Position numbers and translations under genes: made by a program. DNA of 52,100 nucleotides from Anaerolineales bacterium (GTDB lineage Bacteria > Chloroflexota > Anaerolineae > Anaerolineales > E44-bin32). The DNA lies in assembly GCA_035455265.1 (NCBI GenBank), contig DATIFK010000216.1, forward strand, positions 1 through 52,100. The letters run 5' to 3'. The notes under the pieces are model-generated. The model ran no database searches and was not told the DNA's origin. It saw only the letters and a list, made by a program, of their open reading frames with translations. This document shows, piece after piece, positions 25,173-34,776 of the stretch. How positions within the stretch are numbered: position 1 is the first letter of the stretch; the number at the start of each line of letters is the position of its first letter.

Positions 25173-25961
25173 TCACTTTGTCCTGGCGAGGATCTCCTCA
25201 AACTCGCGCACACTCCCCGGGCTGTGGCCGGCGAAGTGGTTGTTGAAGTAGCCGTACACATCCAGGCCGGCGTCGAGGAAGGAACGCACCCGTTCAGCCC
25301 AGCGTGTCAGCTCCGGCGTGCGATCGATCTGCAATCGGTCGAACCGGTCGACGTCGCTGCGCCGGCCCAGCCAGCGGATGACGGTGAAACCGGTCGTCGT
25401 CCAGTCCATGCGCGGCATGTAGTACAGATCCTGCAGAACGAGGGCGACGCCGTGCTCCGCCAGCAGTTCGGTCAGGTCGCGCGTCAGCCAGCCGCGGTTC
25501 CGCACTTCGACGGCGTAGCGCGGGCCGGGCGGCAATCGGCGCAGGAACGCTTCCAACCGCGGCCGCAGGTCGGGCGTAAAGTCGTAGGCGAACTGCAGCG
25601 TCAAGACGGCCAGCTTCTCGCCCAGAGCTTGCATCGTCTCGACGAACAGCCGGGCCTCGTCGTCCGCTCCGTCCAGTTTGCGGTCATGGGTGATCGATCG
25701 AGGGAACTTGGCGCAGAAGCGGAAGCCCATTGGTGTACGGGCGGCCCAACCCTCAACGGCGGTTGGGCGCGGCGGCCCGTAGAAGGTCGAGTCGATTTCG
25801 ACGGTCGAGAAGCGGCGGGCGTAGGCTTCCAGGTAATCGCTCGAATCCGTCCCGGGCGGATAGAACGGTCCGACCCAATCGTCGAAGGCGAAACCTTGGG
25901 TGCCCAAGCGAAGGGTTCCTCGTCGTTGAGCCGATCCGCCTGGCCCGTTGGCTTCCATCAT
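25173..25961 (-). CDS. DUF72 (YecE-like) family protein
   Basis: 262 aa. YPPGTDSSDYLEAYARRFSTVEIDSTFYG is typical of DUF72. Confidence 0.8.
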   Translation of the reverse strand: MMEANGPGGSAQRRGTLRLGTQGFAFDDWVGPFYPPGTDSSDYLEAYARRFSTVEIDSTFYGPPRPTAVEGWAARTPMGFRFCAKFPRSITHDRKLDGADDEARLFVETMQALGEKLAVLTLQFAYDFTPDLRPRLEAFLRRLPPGPRYAVEVRNRGWLTRDLTELLAEHGVALVLQDLYYMPRMDWTTTGFTVIRWLGRRSDVDRFDRLQIDRTPELTRWAERVRSFLDAGLDVYGYFNNHFAGHSPGSVREFEEILARTK

Positions 25962-25964
25962 GGG

Positions 25965-26071
25965 TTACCAGTTGCCAGTTCCCAGTTGCCAGTCAAGAAC
26001 CTCCTAGAGTCCCGACCCGTGGACCTACAGACGCTTGATACTGGAAGCTGGAAACTGGGAACTGGCAACTC
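25965..26071. repeat. H7 heptamer array e (best example, inverted arms)
   Basis: TTACCAG TTGCCAG TTCCCAG TTGCCAG TCAAG, ~40-nt loop, CTTGATA CTGGAAG CTGGAAA CTGGGAA CTGGCAA CTCG. Fills the gap between the coaBC stop and the DUF72 start. Confidence 0.9.
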
Positions 26072-26072
26072 G

Positions 26073-27329
26073 TCAGGCGGCCGGCCGCTGTCGTCCGAGG
26101 ATCAGCTCCACGCGATCCAGAACGGCTTCGGCAACCTCGGCCTTGCTCATCAGGGGCAGCTCTTGCACGCTCTCGGCCCGATCGACGAAGGTCACGCGGT
26201 TGGTGTCGACGGCAAAGCCGGCGTCCGGGGCGGTAATGTCGTTGGCCACGATCAAGTCGAGCCCTTTGGCCTTGACCTTCTGGCGCGCCTGCCCGACCAG
26301 ATCGCGGCTTTCGGCAGCGAAACCGACGACGACGCGCGGGCCCCCGCTGCGCTTGCGGCGTTCGGCGACCGTCGCCAGGATGTCCGCGGTGGGTTCGAGG
26401 TGGATGTCGATGGCGCCTGCCCCGCGCTTGATCTTGTCCTCATTCGCGTGCGAGGGACGGAAGTCGGCGACGGCGGCGGCCATCAGCAGGATGTCGGTGG
26501 TCTCGAGTCGGCTTTGGATTTCCGCCAGCATCTGATCGACCGTCTCGACGTCGATCCGCTCCGCGCCCACCGGGGTCGCCAGCGCCGACGGACCACTGAT
26601 GAGCGTGACGTCGGCGCCGCGGTCGAGAGCGGCCTGGGCCAGGGCGAATCCTTGTTTCCCGGAGGAACGGTTGGCGATCACGCGTACCGGATCGATCGCC
26701 TCCAGCGTCCCGCCGGCGGTGACGAGCACTCGCCGCCCGGAGAGGCTTCGGCCGCGGCCGAGGGCTCGTCGGATATGTCCGACGATCTCGGCCGGTTCGA
26801 CCATGCGGCCCGGCCCGACCAATCCCGAGGCCATGCGCCCTTCGGCAGGACCGATGACGATGGCGCCGCGCTGGCGCAGCGTCTCCAGATTGGCCTGCGT
26901 GGCCGGGTGGCCGAACATCCCGGCATCCATCGCCGGCGCCAGGATCAGCGGAGAGCGCGAGGCGAGCAGCGCCAACCCGAGCAAGTCGTCGGCCATCCCT
27001 GTGGCCAACCTGGCCAGGGTGCGGGCTGTCGCCGGCGCCACAACGATGAGTTCGGCATCGCGCCCGAGCGACACGTGCAGGACGTGGGCGTCCTGGCCCC
27101 ACAGGTCGTCGTCATCGTAGGCGCGGCGGCCCGTCAGCGAGGTGAAGGTCAGCGGGCTGACGAAGCGGCGTGCGGCGGAGGTCAGAACCACGTCGACCAA
27201 CGCTCCCGCCTGCGTCAAACGCGAAGCCAAGTCGGCGGCTTTGTAGGCCGCGATCGAACCGGTGACTCCCAGCAGGATGCGCCGGCCGTCCAGCGCGGGG
27301 ATGTGAGATGACTTCAGGGGAGCGTCCAC
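26073..27329 (-). CDS. coaBC: Bifunctional phosphopantothenoylcysteine decarboxylase / phosphopantothenate-cysteine ligase
   Basis: GTG start. ILLGVTGSIAAYKA flavoprotein motif. C-terminal CoaB domain (VLVTAGGT...ISNRSSGK-like). Confidence 0.9.
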   Translation of the reverse strand: MDAPLKSSHIPALDGRRILLGVTGSIAAYKAADLASRLTQAGALVDVVLTSAARRFVSPLTFTSLTGRRAYDDDDLWGQDAHVLHVSLGRDAELIVVAPATARTLARLATGMADDLLGLALLASRSPLILAPAMDAGMFGHPATQANLETLRQRGAIVIGPAEGRMASGLVGPGRMVEPAEIVGHIRRALGRGRSLSGRRVLVTAGGTLEAIDPVRVIANRSSGKQGFALAQAALDRGADVTLISGPSALATPVGAERIDVETVDQMLAEIQSRLETTDILLMAAAVADFRPSHANEDKIKRGAGAIDIHLEPTADILATVAERRKRSGGPRVVVGFAAESRDLVGQARQKVKAKGLDLIVANDITAPDAGFAVDTNRVTFVDRAESVQELPLMSKAEVAEAVLDRVELILGRQRPAA

Positions 27330-27347
27330 GCCCGCACCCGCCTTGTC

Positions 27348-27767
27348 TCAGCGGACAAGATAGATTGTACCGTCGACTTCCAGGCGGAGCCAACGACCGT
27401 TGGGGAGCTGCTCGAAGTCCCGCGGGTCCACGGCCGCGACCGGGAACGCCGTGCCGAACAGCTCTTCGCCGACGATGGCGGCCAGCGCGAAGAAGGTGTC
27501 GACTCCTGTGGTGAGGATGGCGGCCGGCGCCGTGCCGGCGCGCAGGGCTTCGAGCAAGACGGCCGTCGTCGTGCTCGAACCGCGAGCGTAAGGAAGACCC
27601 AGGATTCGTCCCGCCGCCCGCATGCCGACCAGGGGGTGGCGCCGGTCGATGATCTCGCCGGTGCGATGGTCGTAGCCGCCCCAGAACGAGAGTGGTTCGC
27701 GGGAGACGAGGGCTTCGCCCTCCGCCACGCCGCGGACGAGGGGTTTCGCCCGAGTCAGGATCTCCAC
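27348..27767 (-). CDS. Aconitase X swivel-domain (small) subunit, DUF126
   Basis: GTG 27767 preceded by GAGG. LVRGVAEGEALVSREPLSFWGGYD...RGSSTTTAVLLEALR is typical of DUF126. Confidence 0.75.
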   Translation of the reverse strand: MEILTRAKPLVRGVAEGEALVSREPLSFWGGYDHRTGEIIDRRHPLVGMRAAGRILGLPYARGSSTTTAVLLEALRAGTAPAAILTTGVDTFFALAAIVGEELFGTAFPVAAVDPRDFEQLPNGRWLRLEVDGTIYLVR

Positions 27768-27783
27768 GGTCGCCTCACGCGGA

Positions 27784-28980
27784 TCAGGGCGATACCGTCC
27801 ACAGGTCGATCCTCCACGCGCCGCCAGTGGCGATGAACCGGCCGTCGGCGGAGAACGCCAGCGCATCGACCGAGACAGGCTCCGCCGCGACGGGCACGGC
27901 GACGGCCAGCAGCGGCCTGCCGCCCGAGGCGTCGTAGGCTCGTAAGGTCCCATCGCGCGAGACGGCGACCACCAGCGATCCATCGGGCGAGAAGGCCACA
28001 CCTTCCACAATCGTTGGGAAGTCGGCCAGCTTGCGGATGAGCCTCCCGGTGGAAAGGTTCCACATCCACACCGCACCGACGGCGCACTCATTGTTCGCCG
28101 ATGTCTGGCACAACCCCGTCGCCACGGTGGAACCATCGGGCGAGATGGCAAGGCTGGAGACCTGTCCCGAGTGATACAGAGTGGAAAGTCCGTCGCCGTC
28201 GCTGGTTCGCCAGACTCGCACGTTGCGCGACGTGCCTCCCCCCACGACCCTCGTCCCGTCCGGCGAGAAGGCGATGGCGGGGATGTTCCAGAACTCCGCC
28301 AACGTCAGGAGGGGCTGCCAGGTATCGACCTGGTACATCCAGATGGCGGCGTTCGGCCACTCCTTGACACCGCCGACGGCAAAGATCTGGCTGTCGGGCG
28401 AGAAGGCGACGCTGGTGACCTCATTGGGGAAGTCCAGCGACCGCACCAGAGATCCGGCGCGCCAGTCCCACACTTTGGCGGTGTGATCTCTGGCGGCCGA
28501 GGCGAGAAAGCGACCGTCGGGTGAAAAGGCCAATCCCCAGACGATCGATTCATGGCCCTGGAGGGTGCCAAGCGGTTGGCCAGTGGCCGCTTCGTACAAC
28601 TGGATCGTGCCGGCCTGATCCCCGACGGCCGCCGCCAGGGTCGTCCCATCCGGAGAAAAGGCCAAGCTGCGGACGAGCTCGCCATGGGCGAAACTCAAGC
28701 TGGGTGCGAGCCGCTCGATCGAGCTGGCCTGAATGACCGCCGGGAGCGGGGTCGGCGAAGGAGGCAGCGGGGTCGGCGTCGGCGGCGCGCTGGCCGAAGT
28801 GGGCGGAACTGGGGAGGCCGTCACGGTGGGCGCCGCCGTCGCGGTCGGGGGCGCGCCGGTGACCGAACACGCCAACACCGCCAAACACAAGGCGAGCCCG
28901 AAGGCGAGCCGCTTCCACGAGCGACGGTGCGATTCGGCGCCTTGATGGGAGATCTGTCGACGCGGCGGACGATCGCTCAT
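27784..28980 (-). CDS. WD40 beta-propeller lipoprotein (7 blades)
   Basis: Lipobox LAVLAC, Pro/Thr linker, seven (A/I)FSPDG-type repeats. Its ATG directly follows the upstream TGA (TGAATG). Confidence 0.8.
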   Translation of the reverse strand: MSDRPPRRQISHQGAESHRRSWKRLAFGLALCLAVLACSVTGAPPTATAAPTVTASPVPPTSASAPPTPTPLPPSPTPLPAVIQASSIERLAPSLSFAHGELVRSLAFSPDGTTLAAAVGDQAGTIQLYEAATGQPLGTLQGHESIVWGLAFSPDGRFLASAARDHTAKVWDWRAGSLVRSLDFPNEVTSVAFSPDSQIFAVGGVKEWPNAAIWMYQVDTWQPLLTLAEFWNIPAIAFSPDGTRVVGGGTSRNVRVWRTSDGDGLSTLYHSGQVSSLAISPDGSTVATGLCQTSANNECAVGAVWMWNLSTGRLIRKLADFPTIVEGVAFSPDGSLVVAVSRDGTLRAYDASGGRPLLAVAVPVAAEPVSVDALAFSADGRFIATGGAWRIDLWTVSP

Positions 28981-30246
28981 TCAGGCGCTCCATGGTTCTT
29001 CGAGGATGGTGGCGCGGCCCTGCACCGCCGACTCCACACAGTCGGCCAGGCCGCCGAAGGCGACCTCGACACCCAGCATCCCCGGGGCGTAGTAGGCGTA
29101 CTTGCCGGAGTTGGTCATCAGCCGATGGACGGAAGGCGGCAACATGGGCGATGCCAGGATGCATGTGTCAACCGTCAGCCGCCCACCGAAGGCTTCGAAC
29201 GGATCGAGCAAGCCGGCCTTGCGTGCCAGGTGAGCCACAGCGCGACTCGTCGTCACCAGGAACTCGACATCGCGATGCCGGCGGCGTCCCTGCAGAAGGG
29301 GCGCCAGCGCGCGGAACTCGTCCAGCGAGAAATGAGGACTTCCGAGCACCACCAGGTCCAGCGGACCACTCCCCGCAGTGCTCAACTCCCGTCGGGCGGC
29401 GCGCAGCCGGTCGGGCGAGATGTCGATTGCCGTCGGCACGGCCCGGCCGGCAAAGGCTGCGGCGCGCGTGGGCGCCTCCGGTGTCACCCCGATCCAGTGG
29501 AACATCCCGACGTTCCCGGAGGAGGCCGCCGTGGCCCCGAAGGCCTTCAGCTGATCGGCGGTCGGTCGAACCCCCAACCCGTCCAACACAGGGACACGGT
29601 CGCCCGCTTCGGCGCCGACAACAAAGCCCAGGACCGGGTAGAACGCATCCTCCTGCGTCCACCGCAGCGGAATTGTCCGGAGGTTGTAGAGCACGTCTCC
29701 CGCGCGGTTGGCGTCCAGGTGCAGGCCGAAGGCCGGCACGCGCCCCGCCACGGCAGCGCAGATGTCCAACAGGTCGGGATAGCGCTCGGTGCGCGCACCA
29801 AGGACCGAGTTGGCGTAGACGATCGCGTTCGATTCCCCCCAGGCGATCTGTTCACCGAAGTGCGGCGCCTCCTCCGATTGATACGGCGCGCACGTCCACG
29901 TCGGGCGGCAACCCATGCGTTCGTAGGCGACCATCTGGCGGCGGGCGTTCTCGGCCCACTCTGCAGGAACGGCCCACTCGCGCCAGCCGTGCTCGTCGAC
30001 GCCGCTGACGTTGAGGGTCGTCGGCACGGCGACCTGCGCCCCTAGCTCAGCCAGCCGCTCGGCGAACTCCAGCGTGGCCTGCCCCAGATAGATGGCGCTG
30101 TCGATGTGCGCCCGTGTGATCGGCAGGAAAGACCCGGCCTCGAACAACTCCGCCATGCGCACGAGAATCCGCATGGCCAGCTGGGTCGCCGGGCCGGCGC
30201 GGCCGTCGAGCAGCGACTGTTCGTGGTCGGTGAGGGTCAGAGTCAT
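28981..30246 (-). CDS. Aconitase X catalytic (large) subunit, DUF521
   Basis: 421 aa. MTLTLTDHEQSLLDGRAGPATQLAMRILVRMAE...ITRAHID is typical of DUF521. Confidence 0.85.
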   Translation of the reverse strand: MTLTLTDHEQSLLDGRAGPATQLAMRILVRMAELFEAGSFLPITRAHIDSAIYLGQATLEFAERLAELGAQVAVPTTLNVSGVDEHGWREWAVPAEWAENARRQMVAYERMGCRPTWTCAPYQSEEAPHFGEQIAWGESNAIVYANSVLGARTERYPDLLDICAAVAGRVPAFGLHLDANRAGDVLYNLRTIPLRWTQEDAFYPVLGFVVGAEAGDRVPVLDGLGVRPTADQLKAFGATAASSGNVGMFHWIGVTPEAPTRAAAFAGRAVPTAIDISPDRLRAARRELSTAGSGPLDLVVLGSPHFSLDEFRALAPLLQGRRRHRDVEFLVTTSRAVAHLARKAGLLDPFEAFGGRLTVDTCILASPMLPPSVHRLMTNSGKYAYYAPGMLGVEVAFGGLADCVESAVQGRATILEEPWSA

Positions 30247-30254
30247 ACTGGGCG

Positions 30255-30260
30255 ATTGTA
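30255..30260 (-). promoter_or_regulatory. -10 box (TACAAT) 8 nt upstream of the AcnX large-subunit ATG
   Basis: Minus strand TACAAT-CGCCCAGT-ATG, with no SD. Confidence 0.35.
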
Positions 30261-30481
30261 CATTGCCCCGGCATGAGGCTCCCCACCTCCGCTGTCCGCC
30301 GTCAGCCTCGAACCATCACAACCTGAGCGAAGTCGCCTGGTCCGAAGGCCGAGGCGCCGAAGCCGAAGGGCCAGGCGGCCGTTGCCTTTTTGCGGGCCCG
30401 CCGCGGCTGCCAACGTCGACGTTCCTCTGTGTCCTCTTTCCAGGCCTTATACTTCAGCAATCCCGTGCTCCGAGAGAATCG

Positions 30482-32062
30482 ATGTCCACAACCGTTGACT
30501 CGTTCATTGCCGAAACCACGCACCAGGCCGCCCCCCTCGAAAAGGCCTACACGCTGGCCGAGTGGGAGGCGGCGACGCGCGGCACACCGGAGGCCATCCA
30601 GGCCCATCAGGCTGCCCAGACAGCGTTCATGCGCTTCTGGGCCGACCCGCATCGATTCCGCACAGCCAAGGAATTGCGCGAGTCCGCGGCGGGCCAGGAT
30701 ACGGAGGCGGCGCGCCAGCTGACCCTGATCTACCTGACGGCCGCTACCTGGCAACAGGACGAAGCGACGCTGGAGGAGATCGCCCAGGTCGAAGCGGAGG
30801 TGCGCGAGCGCTACACCAACTTCCGCGGCGAAGTGGATGGCGCCTCGCTCAACGACAACCAGATCGACGAAATCCTGGCCAAGACGACCGACGCCGAGGA
30901 GGCACGCGGCACCTGGGAAGCCAGCAAGCAGGTCGGCGGCGAGGTTGCCGTCCGTATCCGCCGCCTGGCCCAGCTGCGCAACCGCTCAGCTCGCGACAAC
31001 GGCTTCCGCGACCATTTCCAGCGTGCGCTTCAGGTCAGCGAAATCGACGAGAGACAACTGCTCGACCTGTTCGAAGATCTCGAGCGGCAGTCGCGGGCCG
31101 CCTTCGGCGACGTCAAAGCCGCTATCGACGAATCCCGCAGCCGACGCTTCGGCGTGCCCGTGGGAGAGCTGCAACCCTGGCACTACACCGACCGCTTCTT
31201 CCAGAAGCCCGACCCGCTCGGGGAGGTGGATCTGGATGCGCTGTTCGCCGGCCGCGACCCGGTGGCGCTGGCGACGACGACCTACGACGGCCTAGGCATG
31301 GACGTGCGCCCGGTCCTGGCTCGCTCGGACCTGTACCCCCGGCCGGGCAAGAACCAGCACGCCTTCTGCACCCATATCGACCGCCAGGGGGACATCCGGA
31401 CTCTCAACAACCTCGAATCGAACGAGCGCTGGACGGAAACCCTGCACCATGAACTCGGCCACGCCGTCTACGAACAGTACCTGGATCCGTCGCTGCCCTG
31501 GCTGCTGCGCACGCCGTCCCACATCCTCACCACTGAAGCCATCGCCGTCCTCATGGGCGGCGTCTCGCGGGAGCAGGAGTGGCTGACCAAGGTGCTCGGC
31601 GTGCCGCCGGGACAGGCCTCGGCGGTGGCGGCCGCCGCCCGCGAGCGCGATCGCGCTTCGGCCCTGGTGTTCACACGCTGGTGCCTGGTCATGACTCACT
31701 TCGAGCGGGCGTTGTACGGCAACCCCGAGGCCGACCTCGACACCTTGTGGTGGGATCTGGTCGAGCGCTTCCAGCAGATCCGCCGGCCCGACGGCCGCCA
31801 CGCCCCGGACTGGGCGGCCAAGATCCACGTCGCGCTGTTCCCCGTCTACTATCACAACTACGAACTGGGGAGTCTGGTGCGCGCCCAGCTGCGCGCCTGC
31901 CTGCAGCGCCAGGTGGGCGGCCTCGTCGGCCGGCGTGAGGCCGGCGCCTGGCTGATCGAGCATGTGTTCCGCCCCGGCGCCCGCCTCGATTGGGCCCAAC
32001 ACATCGCCGCGGCAACGGGCGAACCCCTGTCGCCGCGCTACTTTGTCGAAATGATGGGGTAA
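30482..32062 (+). CDS. Zinc metallopeptidase, M2 (ACE-like) family
   Basis: Start at ATG 30482. HHELGHAVY zinc motif with downstream TTEAIAVLMG, comparable to HHEMGH...HEAIGD in ACE. Confidence 0.65.
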   Translation: MSTTVDSFIAETTHQAAPLEKAYTLAEWEAATRGTPEAIQAHQAAQTAFMRFWADPHRFRTAKELRESAAGQDTEAARQLTLIYLTAATWQQDEATLEEIAQVEAEVRERYTNFRGEVDGASLNDNQIDEILAKTTDAEEARGTWEASKQVGGEVAVRIRRLAQLRNRSARDNGFRDHFQRALQVSEIDERQLLDLFEDLERQSRAAFGDVKAAIDESRSRRFGVPVGELQPWHYTDRFFQKPDPLGEVDLDALFAGRDPVALATTTYDGLGMDVRPVLARSDLYPRPGKNQHAFCTHIDRQGDIRTLNNLESNERWTETLHHELGHAVYEQYLDPSLPWLLRTPSHILTTEAIAVLMGGVSREQEWLTKVLGVPPGQASAVAAAARERDRASALVFTRWCLVMTHFERALYGNPEADLDTLWWDLVERFQQIRRPDGRHAPDWAAKIHVALFPVYYHNYELGSLVRAQLRACLQRQVGGLVGRREAGAWLIEHVFRPGARLDWAQHIAAATGEPLSPRYFVEMMG

Positions 32063-32070
32063 AGAGAGCC

Positions 32071-32136
32071 CTCAGTCGTCAGTCAAGACCCAACAAGACG
32101 GAAACGGAGACCTGATGACTGACGACTGACGACTCA
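32071..32136. repeat. H7 heptamer array g (TCAG/CTGA type, inverted arms)
   Basis: CTCAGTC GTCAGTC AAG ... CTGATGA CTGACGA CTGACGA CTCA. Lies between convergent stops. The last unit contains the coaX stop codon. Confidence 0.85.
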
Positions 32137-32898
32137 CTGGTTCAGTTCCCAGATGATCCTCAGCCCATCCAGCGTCAGCCAGGGCGCGACGATCTCGATC
32201 GCGGCCGTCTCTCCTGCGATCAGGTCCACCAGGCCCCCTGTCCCGATGACCTTCGTCGCCGGGCCGAGTTCCTTGCGGAAGCGGGCGACCATCCCCTCCA
32301 CCAGCCCGGCGTAGCCGAAGACCATCCCCGACTGAATGGCGTGTACCGTGTTGCGCCCGATGGCGGCCGGCGGACGCTGCAGGTCGACGGGCGGCAGCTT
32401 GGCTGTGCGTTGGAAGAGGGCCTCGGCGGCGATTCCGATCCCCGGGGAAATCGCCCCTCCCAGATAGTCGCCTTCCGCCGTGATGGCATTGAACGTCGTC
32501 GCCGTGCCGAAGTCGACGACGCACGCCGGGCCCCCATAGAGCTTCAACACCGCGGCGGCATCGGCTACCCGGTCGGCCCCGACGGCTTTCGGGTCTTCAT
32601 AGCGTATGCGAACCCCGGTCTTGACTCCGGCGTCCACAACCAGGGGATGCAGATTCAGGTACTTCTCGCACGCCTTGAGGAAGGTTCCCGTCAGCGGCGG
32701 TACAACCGAGGCCATGACGACTCCGCTCAGCTCCGTAGGGTCGCTGCGGGCATGTTCGAGCAGGCCGAGCATTTGCAGGCCGTACTCATCCGGCATGCGT
32801 TCGTGAACCGTCGAGAGACGCCAGGCCGTCCGCATCGCCTCGCCCTCGTACAACCCCAGGGTGATGTTGGTGTTGCCGATGTCGATCGTCAGGAGCAT
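32134..32898 (-). CDS. coaX: Type III pantothenate kinase
   Basis: MLLTIDIGNTN start motif. 254 aa. Confidence 0.9.
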   Translation of the reverse strand: MLLTIDIGNTNITLGLYEGEAMRTAWRLSTVHERMPDEYGLQMLGLLEHARSDPTELSGVVMASVVPPLTGTFLKACEKYLNLHPLVVDAGVKTGVRIRYEDPKAVGADRVADAAAVLKLYGGPACVVDFGTATTFNAITAEGDYLGGAISPGIGIAAEALFQRTAKLPPVDLQRPPAAIGRNTVHAIQSGMVFGYAGLVEGMVARFRKELGPATKVIGTGGLVDLIAGETAAIEIVAPWLTLDGLRIIWELNQ

Positions 32899-32954
32899 GG
32901 GAGACCTCTTGGGGAAGCAATCAGCCGTCGGCGGTCGACGGGACCATTCCGACG

Positions 32955-32977
32955 GTAGGCGCAGGCTTTAGCCTGCG
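32955..32977. repeat. R1 palindromic repeat copy
   Basis: GTAGGCGCAGGCTTTAGCCTGCG overlaps the last codons and stop of panC. Confidence 0.75.
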
Positions 32978-33840
32978 ATCCTCGTTTCACCGATCACCAC
33001 ATTGTCGATCAGGCGCGTCTTCCCGATGAACACGGCCATCGACAGCAGGGCCCGCGTCACGGGTCCGTCCAGTTCGGTCAGTGTGTCCGGATCGGCGACC
33101 GAAACGTACTGCGGTTTCGCACGCGGTTCCTGATCGAGGATCTCTTGCAGGATCTCGCGCAGCCGCTGCGCGTCGCGCTCGCCGGCGGCAAACGCTGATT
33201 CGGCGGCCTTCAAGGCGCGATAGAGAACGGGAGCGGCGCGGCGATCCTCAACGGATAGATAGGTGTTCCGGCTCGACATCGCCAACCCATCGGGCTCCCG
33301 CACCGTCGGGCATACGACGACCTCGAGATCGAAATCGAGGTCGGCTGACATGCGGCGGATCACGGCCGCTTGCTGGGCGTCCTTCTGCCCGAAGTACGCC
33401 CGTTGCGGGGCGACGGCATGGAAGAGCTTGGCGACGATGGTGGCGACGCCGCGGAAATGGCCCGGTCGGCGTTCGCCCTCGAGTCCCTGGCTGACCTCCT
33501 CCACCGTGACCCAGGTCTGGAACCCCGGCGGATACATCGTCTCAGGTTCAGGGTTCCACACCAGGTCGACGCCCTCTCCCTCCAGCAGGGCCAGGTCGCG
33601 GTCCAGGTTACGTGGATAAGCAGCCAGATCCTCCTGCGGTCCAAACTGGGTCGGGTTGACGAAGATGCTGACGGCGACGGAACGATTCTCGCTCCTGGCG
33701 CGCCGCACCAGCGAGAGATGCCCTTGGTGCAGGTATCCCATCGTCGGCACGAAGCCGACCGGTTCGGGCAAGCGCCTGCGTTCGGCGCGCAGCCGGCCGA
33801 ACTCATGCACCACGATCATGGGGCCCTCCGGCGGCGCCAA
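32968..33840 (-). CDS. panC: Pantoate-beta-alanine ligase
   Basis: PTMGYLHQGHLSL motif. The start may be the internal ATG 33819 (MIVVHEF). Confidence 0.9.
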   Translation of the reverse strand: MAPPEGPMIVVHEFGRLRAERRRLPEPVGFVPTMGYLHQGHLSLVRRARSENRSVAVSIFVNPTQFGPQEDLAAYPRNLDRDLALLEGEGVDLVWNPEPETMYPPGFQTWVTVEEVSQGLEGERRPGHFRGVATIVAKLFHAVAPQRAYFGQKDAQQAAVIRRMSADLDFDLEVVVCPTVREPDGLAMSSRNTYLSVEDRRAAPVLYRALKAAESAFAAGERDAQRLREILQEILDQEPRAKPQYVSVADPDTLTELDGPVTRALLSMAVFIGKTRLIDNVVIGETRIAG

Positions 33841-34756
33841 CGGCGGCCCGCACCAGCCGCCACAGGGTGCGGTTTACCGGCGTCGCAACGCCGCGCCGGT
33901 CGCCGTCATCCGCCACAGCGCCGTTGATGGCGTCGATCTCCGTCGGAGCCTTGCGCTCGATGTCCTGCAGCATCGATGATCGATTGGCCGCCGTGCGCTC
34001 GGCGACCTGCTCCGCCTGGGCAACCGGGTCGATGTACGGCAGGCGAATGCCGGCGGCGCGCGCCACCGACGCCGTTTCGGTCGCGGCCGCGCCCATGAGC
34101 GTCCTCGCCTCCGGCAACTCGAGCAGGCGACCGTTGGGCACGCGCAGCAGGGCGGTCAGCGGGTTGATGGCGGCGTTGACGGCGAGTTTCCCCCACAACA
34201 GACTCTCGACATCGTCCGAGACTTCCACCGTGAAACCCGCCTGCTGGAGCAGCGCCACAGCCGGGAGAAGACGCGGATGGCGCGCCACGTGCGTTGGCCC
34301 GGCGCCTCCGGCCCGGACGCGGCCTGGGCCGAGCAGCGTCGCCCCGGTCGTAGTGACGCCGAGGGTCGCCCGGTCCCTACCCAGAGCCGCCTCGAGCACT
34401 TCCAGGTTGCCCAGGCCATTCTGCAGCGTGAGGGCCAGCCCGTCTGGCGCCAGGCAGGCGGACAACATCCTGGCGGCGCGCGGCGTCTGCCAGGACTTGA
34501 CCAGCACGAAGGCGAACCGCGCGCCGCGACATTCGGCCGGACTGGAGGTGGCGCGCACGCGTTGGATCTGCTCCATGCCGCCGGCCTCGAGGCGAACCCC
34601 GTGCTGGCTGAGCGCCGTCAGCCCTTCTGGCCAGGTCCCCAGCATGGTCACGTTCACCAACGGAGCCAGCCGGGCGCCAAAGAGACACGCCATGGCGCCG
34701 GTCCCGACGATGAGGGCCTGGTCAAGCCCGGAAGTGGTGCGATCGGTCATGGGCAA
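33803..34756 (-). CDS. panE: 2-dehydropantoate 2-reductase
   Basis: N-terminal Rossmann motif IVGTGAMACLFGARL. ApbA/PanE-like C-terminal domain. Operon context. Confidence 0.8.
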   Translation of the reverse strand: MPMTDRTTSGLDQALIVGTGAMACLFGARLAPLVNVTMLGTWPEGLTALSQHGVRLEAGGMEQIQRVRATSSPAECRGARFAFVLVKSWQTPRAARMLSACLAPDGLALTLQNGLGNLEVLEAALGRDRATLGVTTTGATLLGPGRVRAGGAGPTHVARHPRLLPAVALLQQAGFTVEVSDDVESLLWGKLAVNAAINPLTALLRVPNGRLLELPEARTLMGAAATETASVARAAGIRLPYIDPVAQAEQVAERTAANRSSMLQDIERKAPTEIDAINGAVADDGDRRGVATPVNRTLWRLVRAAVGAAGGPHDRGA

Positions 34757-34776
34757 TGAGCCGGAGCCTTGCGGTT

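Noticed and set aside
25131-27311. 726-aa plus-strand ORF
   Set aside because: Antisense to DUF72 and coaBC, and reads straight through two heptamer arrays. Not coding.
28552-30045. 497-aa plus-strand ORF, and other long ORFs overlapping the WD40/AcnX genes
   Set aside because: Antisense or out-of-frame overlaps of genes with clear family signatures.
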